The notes beneath the pieces were generated by a model that did not search any database, was not told where the DNA came from, and saw only the letters and a list, made by a program, of their open reading frames with translations. Positions 19,805 to 28,198 of a stretch of DNA of 64,000 bases are shown here, piece after piece (position 1 is the stretch's first letter; each line of letters begins with the position of its first letter). Both the position numbers and the translations under genes were made by a program. The stretch lies in contig JASGKY010000013.1 in the NCBI GenBank assembly GCA_049840435.1, positions 4,252 through 68,251 of the forward strand, in the 5' to 3' direction. This DNA comes from Verrucomicrobiota bacterium. Lineage in GTDB: Bacteria; Verrucomicrobiota; Verrucomicrobiia; Limisphaerales; JADLHS01.

Positions 19805-21475
19805 TTAGTTGGTAGCGGCTGCTTCCTTAAGAAATACCCGATCGCACCAATCGCCGAAGCGTTCATTGGTCGTGCGTTCCTTGGCGAAGCGCGCGAGTAC
19901 GGGGCGCAATTCGGTTTCCATGTCGGGATCTTTGACCACGTCTTTCCAGAGCTTGTTGAGGCGCGTGCCGGAGGCGTTGCCGCCGAGCCAGACTTGATAA
20001 CGTCCTGGCGCTTTGCCGACGAAAGCGATCTCCGCCACGTAAGGACGGGCGCAGCCATTCGGGCAACCGGTCGAGCGAATGATGATCTCTTCGCTGCCAA
20101 GACCAAGGTCGCCGGCGATCTTTTCGATGCGATCTACGAGACCGGGGAGATAGCGCTCCGATTCAGCCAAGCCCAAGCCGCAAGTCGGCAATGACGGGCA
20201 TGCCATCGAAGCGAGATGCAGGATTGACGCTTGGTTATCAGTCTTCACTGCCGCGCCGTTGAGTAGCGCGGTGATGGCGGTTTTGTCCGCATCACTCACG
20301 TTGGCGAGGATGACGTTTTGATTCGCGGTCAGGCGGAACTCGATATGCGGAAACTTTTCGGCGATCTGACGCAATGCGGTTTTCTGCGCGTCCTTCACGC
20401 GGCCCATGTTGACGAACAAACCGAGAAACCATTTCCCGTCGGTAGCTTTGTGCCAGCCGACGAGGTCTTGCACGGTGGTGAACTTGTAAGGCTTGTTCGG
20501 CGCGAGCGTGATGCCGGCGCGTTTGTTCACTTCGTCTTGCATGAACTTCACGCCGCGTTCTGCCACGACGTATTTCAAACGCGCGTGTTTGCGATCGGTG
20601 CGATCACCGAAGTCACGATGGATCGTCAGCACAGCTTTCGCGACATCCACCAACTTGTCCGGCGTGAAAAAGCCGATGATGTCCGCGAGGCGCGGATACG
20701 TTTGCTCATTGCCATGGCTGCGGCCCATGCCGCCGCCAACGCAGAGGTTGTAGCCGATGAGCTGGTCATTCTCCACGACAGCGATGAAGCCGAGGCAGTT
20801 CGTGAAGATGTCCATGTCGTTCACGGGCGGAATCACAAACGCGATCTTGAACTTGCGCGGCAGATAGGTTTTGCCGTAGAGCGGGTCCACGAAGTTTTTG
20901 TTCTCGGCGGCTTCGTTCTCAAGTTGCACGCCATCAATCCAGATGGAGTGATACGCCTTGGTTTGTGGGGCGAGGGCCATCGCGACTTTGTGCGCGTCGG
21001 CAAAAACTTGTTCGCGCGCTTTCGTGTAAGCGGGCGTCGGCGAAGCCATGACATTTCGATTCACGTCGCCGCACGCGGCGAGCGTCGAGAGCAACGACTC
21101 ATTGATCTTTTTCACGAGCGGACGCAGGCCCGCCATCACGACACCGTGAAATTGGATGCTCTGGCGCGTGGTGATGCGAAGCGTGTTATTGCCGTATTGC
21201 GTCGCGAGGTCGTCGAACACGCACCATTGCTTCGCGGTCATGACGCCACCGGGGATACGCCCGCGGATCATCATGATGTATTTCTTGCCAGTCTTGCGCA
21301 GATCGCGGTCGTCCTGTTGATACGAGCCGTGAAACTTGAGGAATTGATTATCGTCCTCGGAGAAGTGATCCGCGCCGCTATCAATCGTGGCGGAAATCAT
21401 GCCTGCAAGGGTAGGGATTGCGGTTTTGATCTCCTCGTTGTGGGTCGGTTTCTTTTCGGCGGCAGTCATTGTCAT
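19805..21475 (-). CDS. cysI: Assimilatory sulfite reductase hemoprotein (CysI/Sir family)
   Basis: 'MACPSLPTCGLGLAESER' and 'STGCPNGCARPYVAEIAFVG' are the siroheme/4Fe-4S Cys motifs. The duplicated NiR/SiR ferredoxin-like halves are present. Length is 556 aa. Confidence 0.85.
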   Translation of the reverse strand: MTMTAAEKKPTHNEEIKTAIPTLAGMISATIDSGADHFSEDDNQFLKFHGSYQQDDRDLRKTGKKYIMMIRGRIPGGVMTAKQWCVFDDLATQYGNNTLRITTRQSIQFHGVVMAGLRPLVKKINESLLSTLAACGDVNRNVMASPTPAYTKAREQVFADAHKVAMALAPQTKAYHSIWIDGVQLENEAAENKNFVDPLYGKTYLPRKFKIAFVIPPVNDMDIFTNCLGFIAVVENDQLIGYNLCVGGGMGRSHGNEQTYPRLADIIGFFTPDKLVDVAKAVLTIHRDFGDRTDRKHARLKYVVAERGVKFMQDEVNKRAGITLAPNKPYKFTTVQDLVGWHKATDGKWFLGLFVNMGRVKDAQKTALRQIAEKFPHIEFRLTANQNVILANVSDADKTAITALLNGAAVKTDNQASILHLASMACPSLPTCGLGLAESERYLPGLVDRIEKIAGDLGLGSEEIIIRSTGCPNGCARPYVAEIAFVGKAPGRYQVWLGGNASGTRLNKLWKDVVKDPDMETELRPVLARFAKERTTNERFGDWCDRVFLKEAAATN

Positions 21476-21624
21476 AAAGTCAAAACAGCATATTACAAAA
21501 GAAAAGTGTGTCGTCTAGAAATCATTTCAATACCCTATTAAACGAGTGTGGATTATGGGTTCTGAATCGAGGTTAACCTTGGATAACTTCAGGTGGGCTA
21601 TCGGTGAAAGTGGCTTGCCCAGGC

Positions 21625-21659
21625 CAAAAAGAAGAGCGCCGTTTGCACGACGCTCTTCC
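21625..21659 (-). terminator. Rho-independent terminator downstream of ORF 21712-22059
   Basis: The minus strand reads gaagagcg-tcgtgcaaacgg-cgctcttc (8-bp stem) followed by ttttt. Confidence 0.55.
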
Positions 21660-21711
21660 AACCAACCCCACCCCACCCCTCATTTCTGAGGCGTAAACTT
21701 GTCCAGTCAGC

Positions 21712-22059
21712 TTACTCGGCCAAGGCCAGTAGTTCGCTGCTGCGATCACGGATCAGCGCTTGGCGGCTGGCGCTGAGCCTGGCCACGCGCGCCTTTTCTT
21801 CAAAGAGCGCGGGCAAGAGCAGCAGCGGAAATGGCGTCAACCATACCAGCGCCACAGCTTCGTTCGCCGCGCGTCGGAGCAGGACGTTGGCGTTCAACGT
21901 GGTCGTGCGCGCCAGTTCCGTGGCGAGCAACCGTTCCTTGAGCCGCTCCAATTCATTTTCCACCGCACTCCGATACGTTGGAGTGGTGGTCGTGACCGGC
22001 AGGGCGAACCGCGTATTCGGCCCGAATTCCGTCGGCACTGTGTTATTTCTCGTTTTCAT
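21712..22059 (-). CDS. Hypothetical protein (115 aa) with Thr-rich N-terminus, coiled-coil-like middle and hydrophobic segment
   Basis: 'MKTRNNTVPTEFGPNTRFALPVTTTTPTYRSAVENELERLKERLLATEL..LVWLTPFPLLLLPALF'. An SD-like gaaagg lies 9 nt upstream of the ATG at 22059. No family was recognised. Confidence 0.4.
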   Translation of the reverse strand: MKTRNNTVPTEFGPNTRFALPVTTTTPTYRSAVENELERLKERLLATELARTTTLNANVLLRRAANEAVALVWLTPFPLLLLPALFEEKARVARLSASRQALIRDRSSELLALAE

Positions 22060-22103
22060 CTTATTACCTTTCTCAGAAAATTTTTCGCTATGTGTGTTCA
22101 AAC

Positions 22104-22139
22104 AAAAAACCCGCGATTGACTGGCAATCGCGGGTTTTT
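22104..22139. terminator. Strong bidirectional intrinsic terminator
   Basis: aaaaaa-cccgcgattg-actgg-caatcgcggg-ttttt, giving an 11-bp perfect stem (acccgcgattg/caatcgcgggt) flanked by an A6 and a T5 tract. Confidence 0.7.
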
Positions 22140-22158
22140 CAAAAATTGGTTCGATATG

Positions 22159-22266
22159 CTATGAACTCAGACCCGCGCTGCCAAAAGGACAGGAGTGACG
22201 TTGCCAGAAGGATACAACGTATCCCGCCATTGGCGTCATTGCTGTTTTAATGGTCGCGGTCTTCAT
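22159..22266 (-). CDS. Candidate 35-codon small ORF / leader peptide
   Basis: 'MKTATIKTAMTPMAGYVVSFWQRHSCPFGSAGLSS*'. The ORF sits between a sigma70-like promoter and the 22104-22139 terminator. It is an internal Met of ORF 22159..22350. Confidence 0.3.
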   Translation of the reverse strand: MKTATIKTAMTPMAGYVVSFWQRHSCPFGSAGLSS

Positions 22267-22281
22267 ATTCCGTCGGCCCAG

Positions 22282-22310
22282 AGTTAAGCAAACTCCAGCC
22301 AGCCTGTCAA
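22282..22310 (-). promoter_or_regulatory. Sigma70-like promoter (TTGACA-17 nt-TTAACT)
   Basis: The minus strand reads ttgaca(22310-22305)-ggctggctggagtttgc-ttaact(22287-22282), about 16 nt upstream of the 22266 ATG. Confidence 0.35.
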
Positions 22311-22481
22311 AAACCTTTTCCCGCTGTGGGTGGAACTTTCGTTCTATCACCCGCTTTTGCCGGCCCGCGGCGGGCTTGGCGAAGGCGATATATCGACAGA
22401 ATTAATGCTAACTTGAGGAAATATTTGCCTCCAAAGTCCGCGCGGGAGCGGATATGATGCTGACGGTAGAAATTTGCCTGC

Positions 22482-23114
22482 GTGGATACGGCGGAAAAAC
22501 AGATTTTACAGTTTCCGGGGACAGCTCCGGGTCGCATCACACCTCCACTGCCGGAGGTGGAGGAAGACCTGCGGTTGCTCAAGCGCATTGCCGCCGGAGA
22601 CCAGCAAGCCGTTGCCGCGCTGTATCAACATCGAGGCACCTTGTTGTATTCGTTGTTGCTGCGGATGTTGAGCGATGAAATGGAAGCGCAAGAAGTCATG
22701 CAGGACACGTTCGTGCGCATCTGGCGCAAGGCGGCCAGTTATGACCCGGCCCGCTCTGCGCCATTGGCGTGGATGATCTTGATCGCCCGCGGCCTAGCAG
22801 TGGATCGCTTGCGGTCGCGCGGGCGACGTCAGGCTAATCTCGCCGCGTTCGAGGCGGAAGTTGCGTCCATTGAAATCGAGGCCATCAACCGTCCGCGCCA
22901 GATCGAGCGCGACGAACTGTCGGGGGTTTGCGCGGCCGCCTTGCATCAATTGCCTGAAGCGCAGGCCCGCGCGCTGCAACTGGCGTTTTTGCGTGGCTGG
23001 ACACATGAGGAAATCGCTCGCGCGCAGAACGAACCGTTGGGCACGATCAAAGCCCGCATCCGGCGCGGCCTCCAAGCGCTACGTCAGACATTAAAGGATT
23101 ACCGTGACGCCTAA
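22482..23114 (+). CDS. ECF-type RNA polymerase sigma-70 factor
   Basis: Region 2: 'LYQHRGTLLYSLLLRMLSDEMEAQEVMQDTFVRIWRKAASYDP..PLAWMILIARGLAVDRLR'. Region 4: 'LPEAQARALQLAFLRGWTHEEIARAQNEPLGTIKARIRRGLQALR'. Confidence 0.85.
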   Translation: MDTAEKQILQFPGTAPGRITPPLPEVEEDLRLLKRIAAGDQQAVAALYQHRGTLLYSLLLRMLSDEMEAQEVMQDTFVRIWRKAASYDPARSAPLAWMILIARGLAVDRLRSRGRRQANLAAFEAEVASIEIEAINRPRQIERDELSGVCAAALHQLPEAQARALQLAFLRGWTHEEIARAQNEPLGTIKARIRRGLQALRQTLKDYRDA

Positions 23115-23856
23115 GCTCCATCCTCAAGCCGACGAGGCGGCGCGTTACGTGTTGGATCAACTGCCGCCGCCCGCGCGCCACGAATTTGAACTGCAACTCA
23201 CGCAGTCGCCGGAATTGCGTGCGCTGGTGCAGGAATTGGAGGAAGGCGTGGAAGCCATGGCGCGCGCCGTGCCGCAACGTCCGCCGCCGCCGCAAACGTG
23301 GAATCCCATTGAGCAAGCCATCGCCCGGGAAGTGGAACGAAAAATTGTGCGCCCCTCGTTTGGCGGCACTTGGTGGCGCAGTGGTTGGGCTGCCGCCGCC
23401 GCGTGTTTGGTGGCGTTGTTCACTTATGCGTGGTGGCCCAAATCCAAGATGATTCTCGCGGTTAATTCATCCCCTGCCGAATCAGCGTTGGGAACTCCGG
23501 CGGTCGAGTCTGTTGTTTCCAGGCCGTCCCTTGTGCCTCCAGAGCGAGTGTTTCCGACCAATGTCATGACCGTGGCGGAATGGAAACCGGTCGCCAACCT
23601 GACGAGTCCCGAACTTGCCAGCCTGCGCTGGCAGATCGCGTCAATGCAGGCACAGTTGGAGCAGCTGTCCGATGTGGTCGCACAGCAACGAGCCATCCTA
23701 GCTGAGCCGGGCCGATTCAAATTTTTTCCGTTGAGCAGCAGGTACTGGAGAGTCTGGCGCTGCGAGCTCTGCGCCGCTTTCGCCGGGGTTGCAACGCGCC
23801 ATGTTTTACGCCATGGCGCGGGACATGGGCTGGCTGCCAGGCCTTGCTACGCGTGA
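23104..23856 (+). CDS. Anti-sigma factor (single-pass), overlaps the sigma gene by 11 nt; probably continues into ORF 23789..24301 through a frame break near 23740
   Basis: 'ARYVLDQLPPPARHEFELQLTQSPELRALVQELEEG' is an anti-sigma N-domain. The TM segment is 'WRSGWAAAAACLVALFTYAWW'. After 'FKFFPLSS' the tail turns Cys/Arg/Trp-rich, while the +1 frame reads naturally ('AGTGESGAASSAPLSPGLQRAMFYAMARDMGW'). Confidence 0.6.
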   Translation: MTPKLHPQADEAARYVLDQLPPPARHEFELQLTQSPELRALVQELEEGVEAMARAVPQRPPPPQTWNPIEQAIAREVERKIVRPSFGGTWWRSGWAAAAACLVALFTYAWWPKSKMILAVNSSPAESALGTPAVESVVSRPSLVPPERVFPTNVMTVAEWKPVANLTSPELASLRWQIASMQAQLEQLSDVVAQQRAILAEPGRFKFFPLSSRYWRVWRCELCAAFAGVATRHVLRHGAGHGLAARPCYA

Positions 23857-24301
23857 AACGCAGGGGGGGGCGGTCACCGCAACTTCAAAGACTTTTGCAG
23901 GAGTTGATTTTGTGGATATGAATACGACGACCACGGCGGTGGCGGCGGGCGCTGCCACAGACTCGACCGCACAAGCTGATACGGCGACCGTATCAGTAGC
24001 GTCATCTGGAGGGATCGGTATTCCTGGGGTGTTGACCAAGAAGGATCTGATCCTAGCCCTCGACAAAACCCTTATTCCGCGTGGCGGAGCGGTGTCGTTC
24101 TGGAAAGCCTCCGATGTAGCCGAGCCTGAATTGATCGGCAGCACGGTCATCAACGACAATCCGACCGTGGTGAAGATTCCGATTGATCAGATCGGCAGCG
24201 GGATGACCGTTTCCCTGAGCTCTTTCTCTGGGCCATCCAACATCGGGAATTTTTATATCGTCCGTCCAGTCCATCCTGGATTGAACCAATCAACGCCTTG
24301 A
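23789..24301 (+). CDS. Extracytoplasmic domain ORF; likely the C-terminal part of the anti-sigma factor (or a separate hypothetical protein)
   Basis: Its frame is open from about 23740 upstream of the listed TTG start. The Thr/Ala-rich linker 'TTTTAVAAGAATDSTAQADTATVSVASSGG' is followed by a beta-rich domain. Confidence 0.4.
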   Translation: MQRAMFYAMARDMGWLPGLATRETQGGAVTATSKTFAGVDFVDMNTTTTAVAAGAATDSTAQADTATVSVASSGGIGIPGVLTKKDLILALDKTLIPRGGAVSFWKASDVAEPELIGSTVINDNPTVVKIPIDQIGSGMTVSLSSFSGPSNIGNFYIVRPVHPGLNQSTP

Positions 24302-24334
24302 TCTCTGCTTTGGGCGATTCGAGTACCGACAGAA

Positions 24335-24880
24335 TTAACGGAGTGGCGTCGCCTGAGTTTTCGTCCGCCACAGCAGCAATGCCGCACTGAGCAGGCTCAA
24401 AGGCAGGGCTGTGGGTTCTGGCACGGGCCAAATCGTGAATCCGGGAAAGATTAGCGGATTGGGAATCGGTGGCGGGCTGGAAGTTCCGCCGGCAGTGGCT
24501 GAGAGCGCGACGGACTTCCCGGCGAGGGTGGAGGAAAGCCCCGAGGCAAGTGCGGCTTCGTAGCTGGGATAAATTCCAGACCAAGCCCGGACCTGTAGCA
24601 TAATGGTCGTGCCGCTCGGAAATCCCGGAGTGGGGGGTGTCGAGCCAAACGTGGCGAAACCGTTGACGAGTGGCGCGGATGTCACAAGTTGCAGGCCGCT
24701 TTCAGTCGTCCCGGTTGGGCCGTAATACAAGCCGGCGGTGATGCTGGCGTCAGCCAGTGTTCCAGTCAGGCCGTTGGTCACCGGCACGGGTGAGAGCGTG
24801 AGACTGCCTTGGCTGAAACTTGGGCTGAGGGATGACGCGACAATGAGTAACACTAGGGGAGCTTTCATAACGCCAATCAT
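24335..24880 (-). CDS. PEP-CTERM sorting-domain protein
   Basis: Signal peptide 'MKAPLVLLIVASSLSPSFSQG'. The C-terminal 'PVPEPTALPLSLLSAALLLWRTK' has the PEP motif, a TM segment and a basic tail. Confidence 0.8.
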   Translation of the reverse strand: MIGVMKAPLVLLIVASSLSPSFSQGSLTLSPVPVTNGLTGTLADASITAGLYYGPTGTTESGLQLVTSAPLVNGFATFGSTPPTPGFPSGTTIMLQVRAWSGIYPSYEAALASGLSSTLAGKSVALSATAGGTSSPPPIPNPLIFPGFTIWPVPEPTALPLSLLSAALLLWRTKTQATPLR

Positions 24881-25004
24881 TGGGACGCCTCTGTGGCGCA
24901 GATTTCAAGCGGAATTCTCCAGCAAAATTTTCTGAGCGAGCGGAATGGTTCTGGAAGGATGATGGCCCGAATCAGCCGCAATGACTCGACTCACATCAAA
25001 TGAA

Positions 25005-28000
25005 TCAAGCGGTCGGCGGTGTTGTCGCTGGGGATTGTGCTTCAATGCGCCAATGTTTCCACTGCAACTTACGCGCAAGATCATCCAACAATGAGTAGGC
25101 AACGGGCGTGACCACCAACGTCAGTAGCAGACAGAGCGTCTGACCGCCGATGACAACGACGGCCACCGCGCGACGTTCCTCCGCACCCGGCCCGGTGCCG
25201 AGTGCCAAAGGCAACATGCCCGCGATGAGCGTCAGCGTCGTCATCAAGATGGGGCGCAGGCGCTCGCGATTACCTTGCAGGATAGCCGCGAGCCGATCCA
25301 CGCCTTGCTCGCGCAACTTGTTCATGTGGTCAATCTGCAGGATGGCATTCTTCTTCACGACGCCGAACAGCACCAGTAATCCCAGTGCGGAGTAGAGATT
25401 GATGGTCTGGTTTGCGATCAAGAGCGATAAAAATGCGAAGGGCACGGAAAGCGGCAGCGATAACAGAATTGTGAATGGATGGATCAAGCTTTCGAACTGC
25501 GAGGCGAGGATGATGTACATCAAAATGACTGAGAGCAGGAACGCCCAGAGAAATTCTGTGAACGTGCGTTCCAGTTCTCGAGCGCGGCCAGAAACTTTCG
25601 TCGAGTAACCCGTGGGCAAGCCCATCTTCGCCACTTCGGCGCGCAAGGCTTCAATGCGGTCCGCTTGTGCGTAACCCGGCGCTACTGCCGCGCGCAAGCT
25701 GACTTGGCGTTGGCGATCGAGTCGGTCAATGCGCGATGCCGCCTGTGTCGGCTCCAGTTGCACCACGTTGTCGAGACGCACCAAGCCGGTGCGGCTGCGG
25801 CTTGATGGCACGAACAGGCGCGCGATCGTGTCGGCGTCGTTGCGATCGCCTTCCTTCAAACGCACCTGCACGTCGTAGTCCTCGTTCATGCTTTCGTCGC
25901 GGAAGCGGGTGACGCGTTCTTCGCCGCCGACCATGATGCGCAGCGCGGTCGCGATGTCTTCGGTGTCCACGCCGAGATTCGCCGCGCGTTCGCGATCGAT
26001 CTCGACGCGCAACTCTGGCTTATCGAGCTTGAGAGTGATATCGGCGTCCTGGATGCCGAGTTCCGGCGACTTCTTGCGCAACTCGTCTGCGTATTTGAAT
26101 AGAACGTCGAGGTCTGGTCCGAGTAGGGCGAAATCAATGTCGAAGTTCGGTCCGCCGCCGACGAAGGTCTGCGGGTTGCGCACGGCCACGCGGACTTCAG
26201 GAAATTTTTTAAGGCGGCGGCGGATTTCCTGCTGCACTTCGCTTTGGGTGAAGTTGCCTTGGAACGCCCGCCACGGCGGCCATTGCAGCAGGCGTTTCCA
26301 GCCGAAGGTCCGCTCATCGTGCGGTTTGAGTCGGACATAAAACCCCGCGCTGTTCAATCCGCCGAAGAAGCCGCTGCCCACTGAGGCCAGCACTGAATTG
26401 ACGCCGGGAACATCCTTCAACTCCACTTCAACTTTCTGGGCGACTTCATCAATCGCCCCCAAGCCCGTGCCTTCAGCGGCGGTGATGCGCACGTCAAATT
26501 CGCCTTCGTCCACGTTGCTCGGGAGATATTCCTGCCGGACAAGTTTGTAGAGCGGTATGGATGACAACATGACCAGGGCTGCCAGTCCGGCGACGAGCCA
26601 GCGATGACGCATAGCCCAGCGGAGAACGCCGGTGTAATGCCGGTCAATCCAGCCATAGAAACCCGAGCGTGAGCCGGCCGCGTGAGCGTGTGAATCTTCG
26701 CCCTCGCTTTTTACGCGCAGCAACCGCGCGCTCATCATGGGCGTAAGCGTGAAGGAGACGAGCAAGCTCACCAGGATTGAAACGGCCGAGGTCAGGCCAA
26801 ACTGGTAGAGGAATCGGCCCGAGATGCTCGACATGAACGACACCGGCACGAAGATGACGACGAGGCTTAGCGTTGTCGCCATGACCGCGAGGCCGATTTC
26901 AGCGGTTGCTGCTTTCGCCGCTTCAAAGGGTCGCATCTTCTTCTCTTCGATGAAGCGGAAGATGTTTTCGAGCACGACGATGGCATCGTCAATCACGATG
27001 CCGACCATCAACACCAGCGCCAGCATAGTCACGCTGTTGAGTGTGAAGCCGAGCAGCTTCATCATGCCGAACGATGCGATGACGGACGCGGGGATGGCTA
27101 CGGCAGCGATAACGGTCGCGCGCCAGTTGCGCATGAACAGCATGACGACCAGGCAAGCGAGGATGCTGCCGAGCACGAGGTGCGTTTTGATTTCGTGCAA
27201 GGCCTGATAGATGTAGTTCGATTGATCGCGGATGATCTCCAGCTTTAGATCTGTGGGGAGTTGGGCCTTCAGTGTTTCGAGGCGTTGCTTCACGCCTTCG
27301 ATGACGGCGACGGTGTTGGCGCCGGATTGGCGGACGATGTCGAGTGTGACGTTGAGCTGGCCGTCCAGTCGCGAGATGGAGCGCTCCTCCTTTGTGCCAT
27401 CTTCCGCATAACCGATGTCGCGGATGCGGATGGGCGAACCGTTGCGGGTGGCGATGACGAGTTCATTGAACGCTTTCGCCTCGGTCAGCTTGCCCATCGT
27501 GCGCAAGGTCTGTTCGCGTTGCGGGGTCGTCACGTTGCCGCCCGGGGTGTTGGCGTTCTGGCGATCCACGGCATCCCGCACGGCAGTGACGGGAATCTGG
27601 TAGGCCGCGAGGCGGTCGGCATCCACCCAGATGTTGATGGCGCGTTCCAGACCGCCGACCACATTCACTTCACCGACGCCGGGCGAACGTTCAATTTGTG
27701 TCTTGATGATCTTGTCGGCGATTTCAGTGAGTTCGCGACGCGAGCGGTTGCCGGAGACGGTGAGGGAGAGAATGGGTTGTTGATCTGTGTCTGATTTGGA
27801 AATCGTCGGCGGATCCATGTCGCGTGGGAGTTCTCGCACCACACCCGACACGCGATCGCGCACGTCCTGGGCGGCGACATCAATGTCGCGATCCAGGTTG
27901 AACGTGGCAACGACGAAGGTGTTGCCCGCGCCGTTGACCGAGCGCAATTCGTCGATGCCTTCGATCGTATTGACGATTTCCTCGATGGGTTGCGAGACCT

Positions 28001-28190
28001 GCGATTCCATTTCGGCTGGCGATGCGCCGGGGAGGCGGACGTTGATGCGGACGGTGGGAATGTCCACGGAGGGAAAACGATCCACGCCGAGGTGCAGGTA
28101 ACCCGCCGCGCCTACGACGACGAGGCTCAACACGATCATCATCGCGAAGACCGGGCGGCGGATGCAGATTTCAGCGAGCTTTTGCATCAA
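25005..28190 (-). CDS. RND efflux transporter permease (AcrB/HAE family)
   Basis: The 1061-aa ORF starts 'IRRPVFAMMIVLSLVVVGAAGYLHLGVDRFPSVDIPTVRINVRLPGASPAEMESQVSQPIE' and has a 12-TM layout with two large loops. Confidence 0.9.
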   Translation of the reverse strand: MMQKLAEICIRRPVFAMMIVLSLVVVGAAGYLHLGVDRFPSVDIPTVRINVRLPGASPAEMESQVSQPIEEIVNTIEGIDELRSVNGAGNTFVVATFNLDRDIDVAAQDVRDRVSGVVRELPRDMDPPTISKSDTDQQPILSLTVSGNRSRRELTEIADKIIKTQIERSPGVGEVNVVGGLERAINIWVDADRLAAYQIPVTAVRDAVDRQNANTPGGNVTTPQREQTLRTMGKLTEAKAFNELVIATRNGSPIRIRDIGYAEDGTKEERSISRLDGQLNVTLDIVRQSGANTVAVIEGVKQRLETLKAQLPTDLKLEIIRDQSNYIYQALHEIKTHLVLGSILACLVVMLFMRNWRATVIAAVAIPASVIASFGMMKLLGFTLNSVTMLALVLMVGIVIDDAIVVLENIFRFIEEKKMRPFEAAKAATAEIGLAVMATTLSLVVIFVPVSFMSSISGRFLYQFGLTSAVSILVSLLVSFTLTPMMSARLLRVKSEGEDSHAHAAGSRSGFYGWIDRHYTGVLRWAMRHRWLVAGLAALVMLSSIPLYKLVRQEYLPSNVDEGEFDVRITAAEGTGLGAIDEVAQKVEVELKDVPGVNSVLASVGSGFFGGLNSAGFYVRLKPHDERTFGWKRLLQWPPWRAFQGNFTQSEVQQEIRRRLKKFPEVRVAVRNPQTFVGGGPNFDIDFALLGPDLDVLFKYADELRKKSPELGIQDADITLKLDKPELRVEIDRERAANLGVDTEDIATALRIMVGGEERVTRFRDESMNEDYDVQVRLKEGDRNDADTIARLFVPSSRSRTGLVRLDNVVQLEPTQAASRIDRLDRQRQVSLRAAVAPGYAQADRIEALRAEVAKMGLPTGYSTKVSGRARELERTFTEFLWAFLLSVILMYIILASQFESLIHPFTILLSLPLSVPFAFLSLLIANQTINLYSALGLLVLFGVVKKNAILQIDHMNKLREQGVDRLAAILQGNRERLRPILMTTLTLIAGMLPLALGTGPGAEERRAVAVVVIGGQTLCLLLTLVVTPVAYSLLDDLARKLQWKHWRIEAQSPATTPPTA

Positions 28191-28198
28191 CAGTTACC

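Noticed and set aside
22159-22266. The 35-codon ORF as a classical threonine-operon leader peptide
   Set aside because: It is Thr-rich only at its N-terminus. The downstream gene is not an amino-acid biosynthesis gene, and I could not identify a convincing anti-terminator pairing by eye. It is kept only as an attenuator-like layout in the findings.
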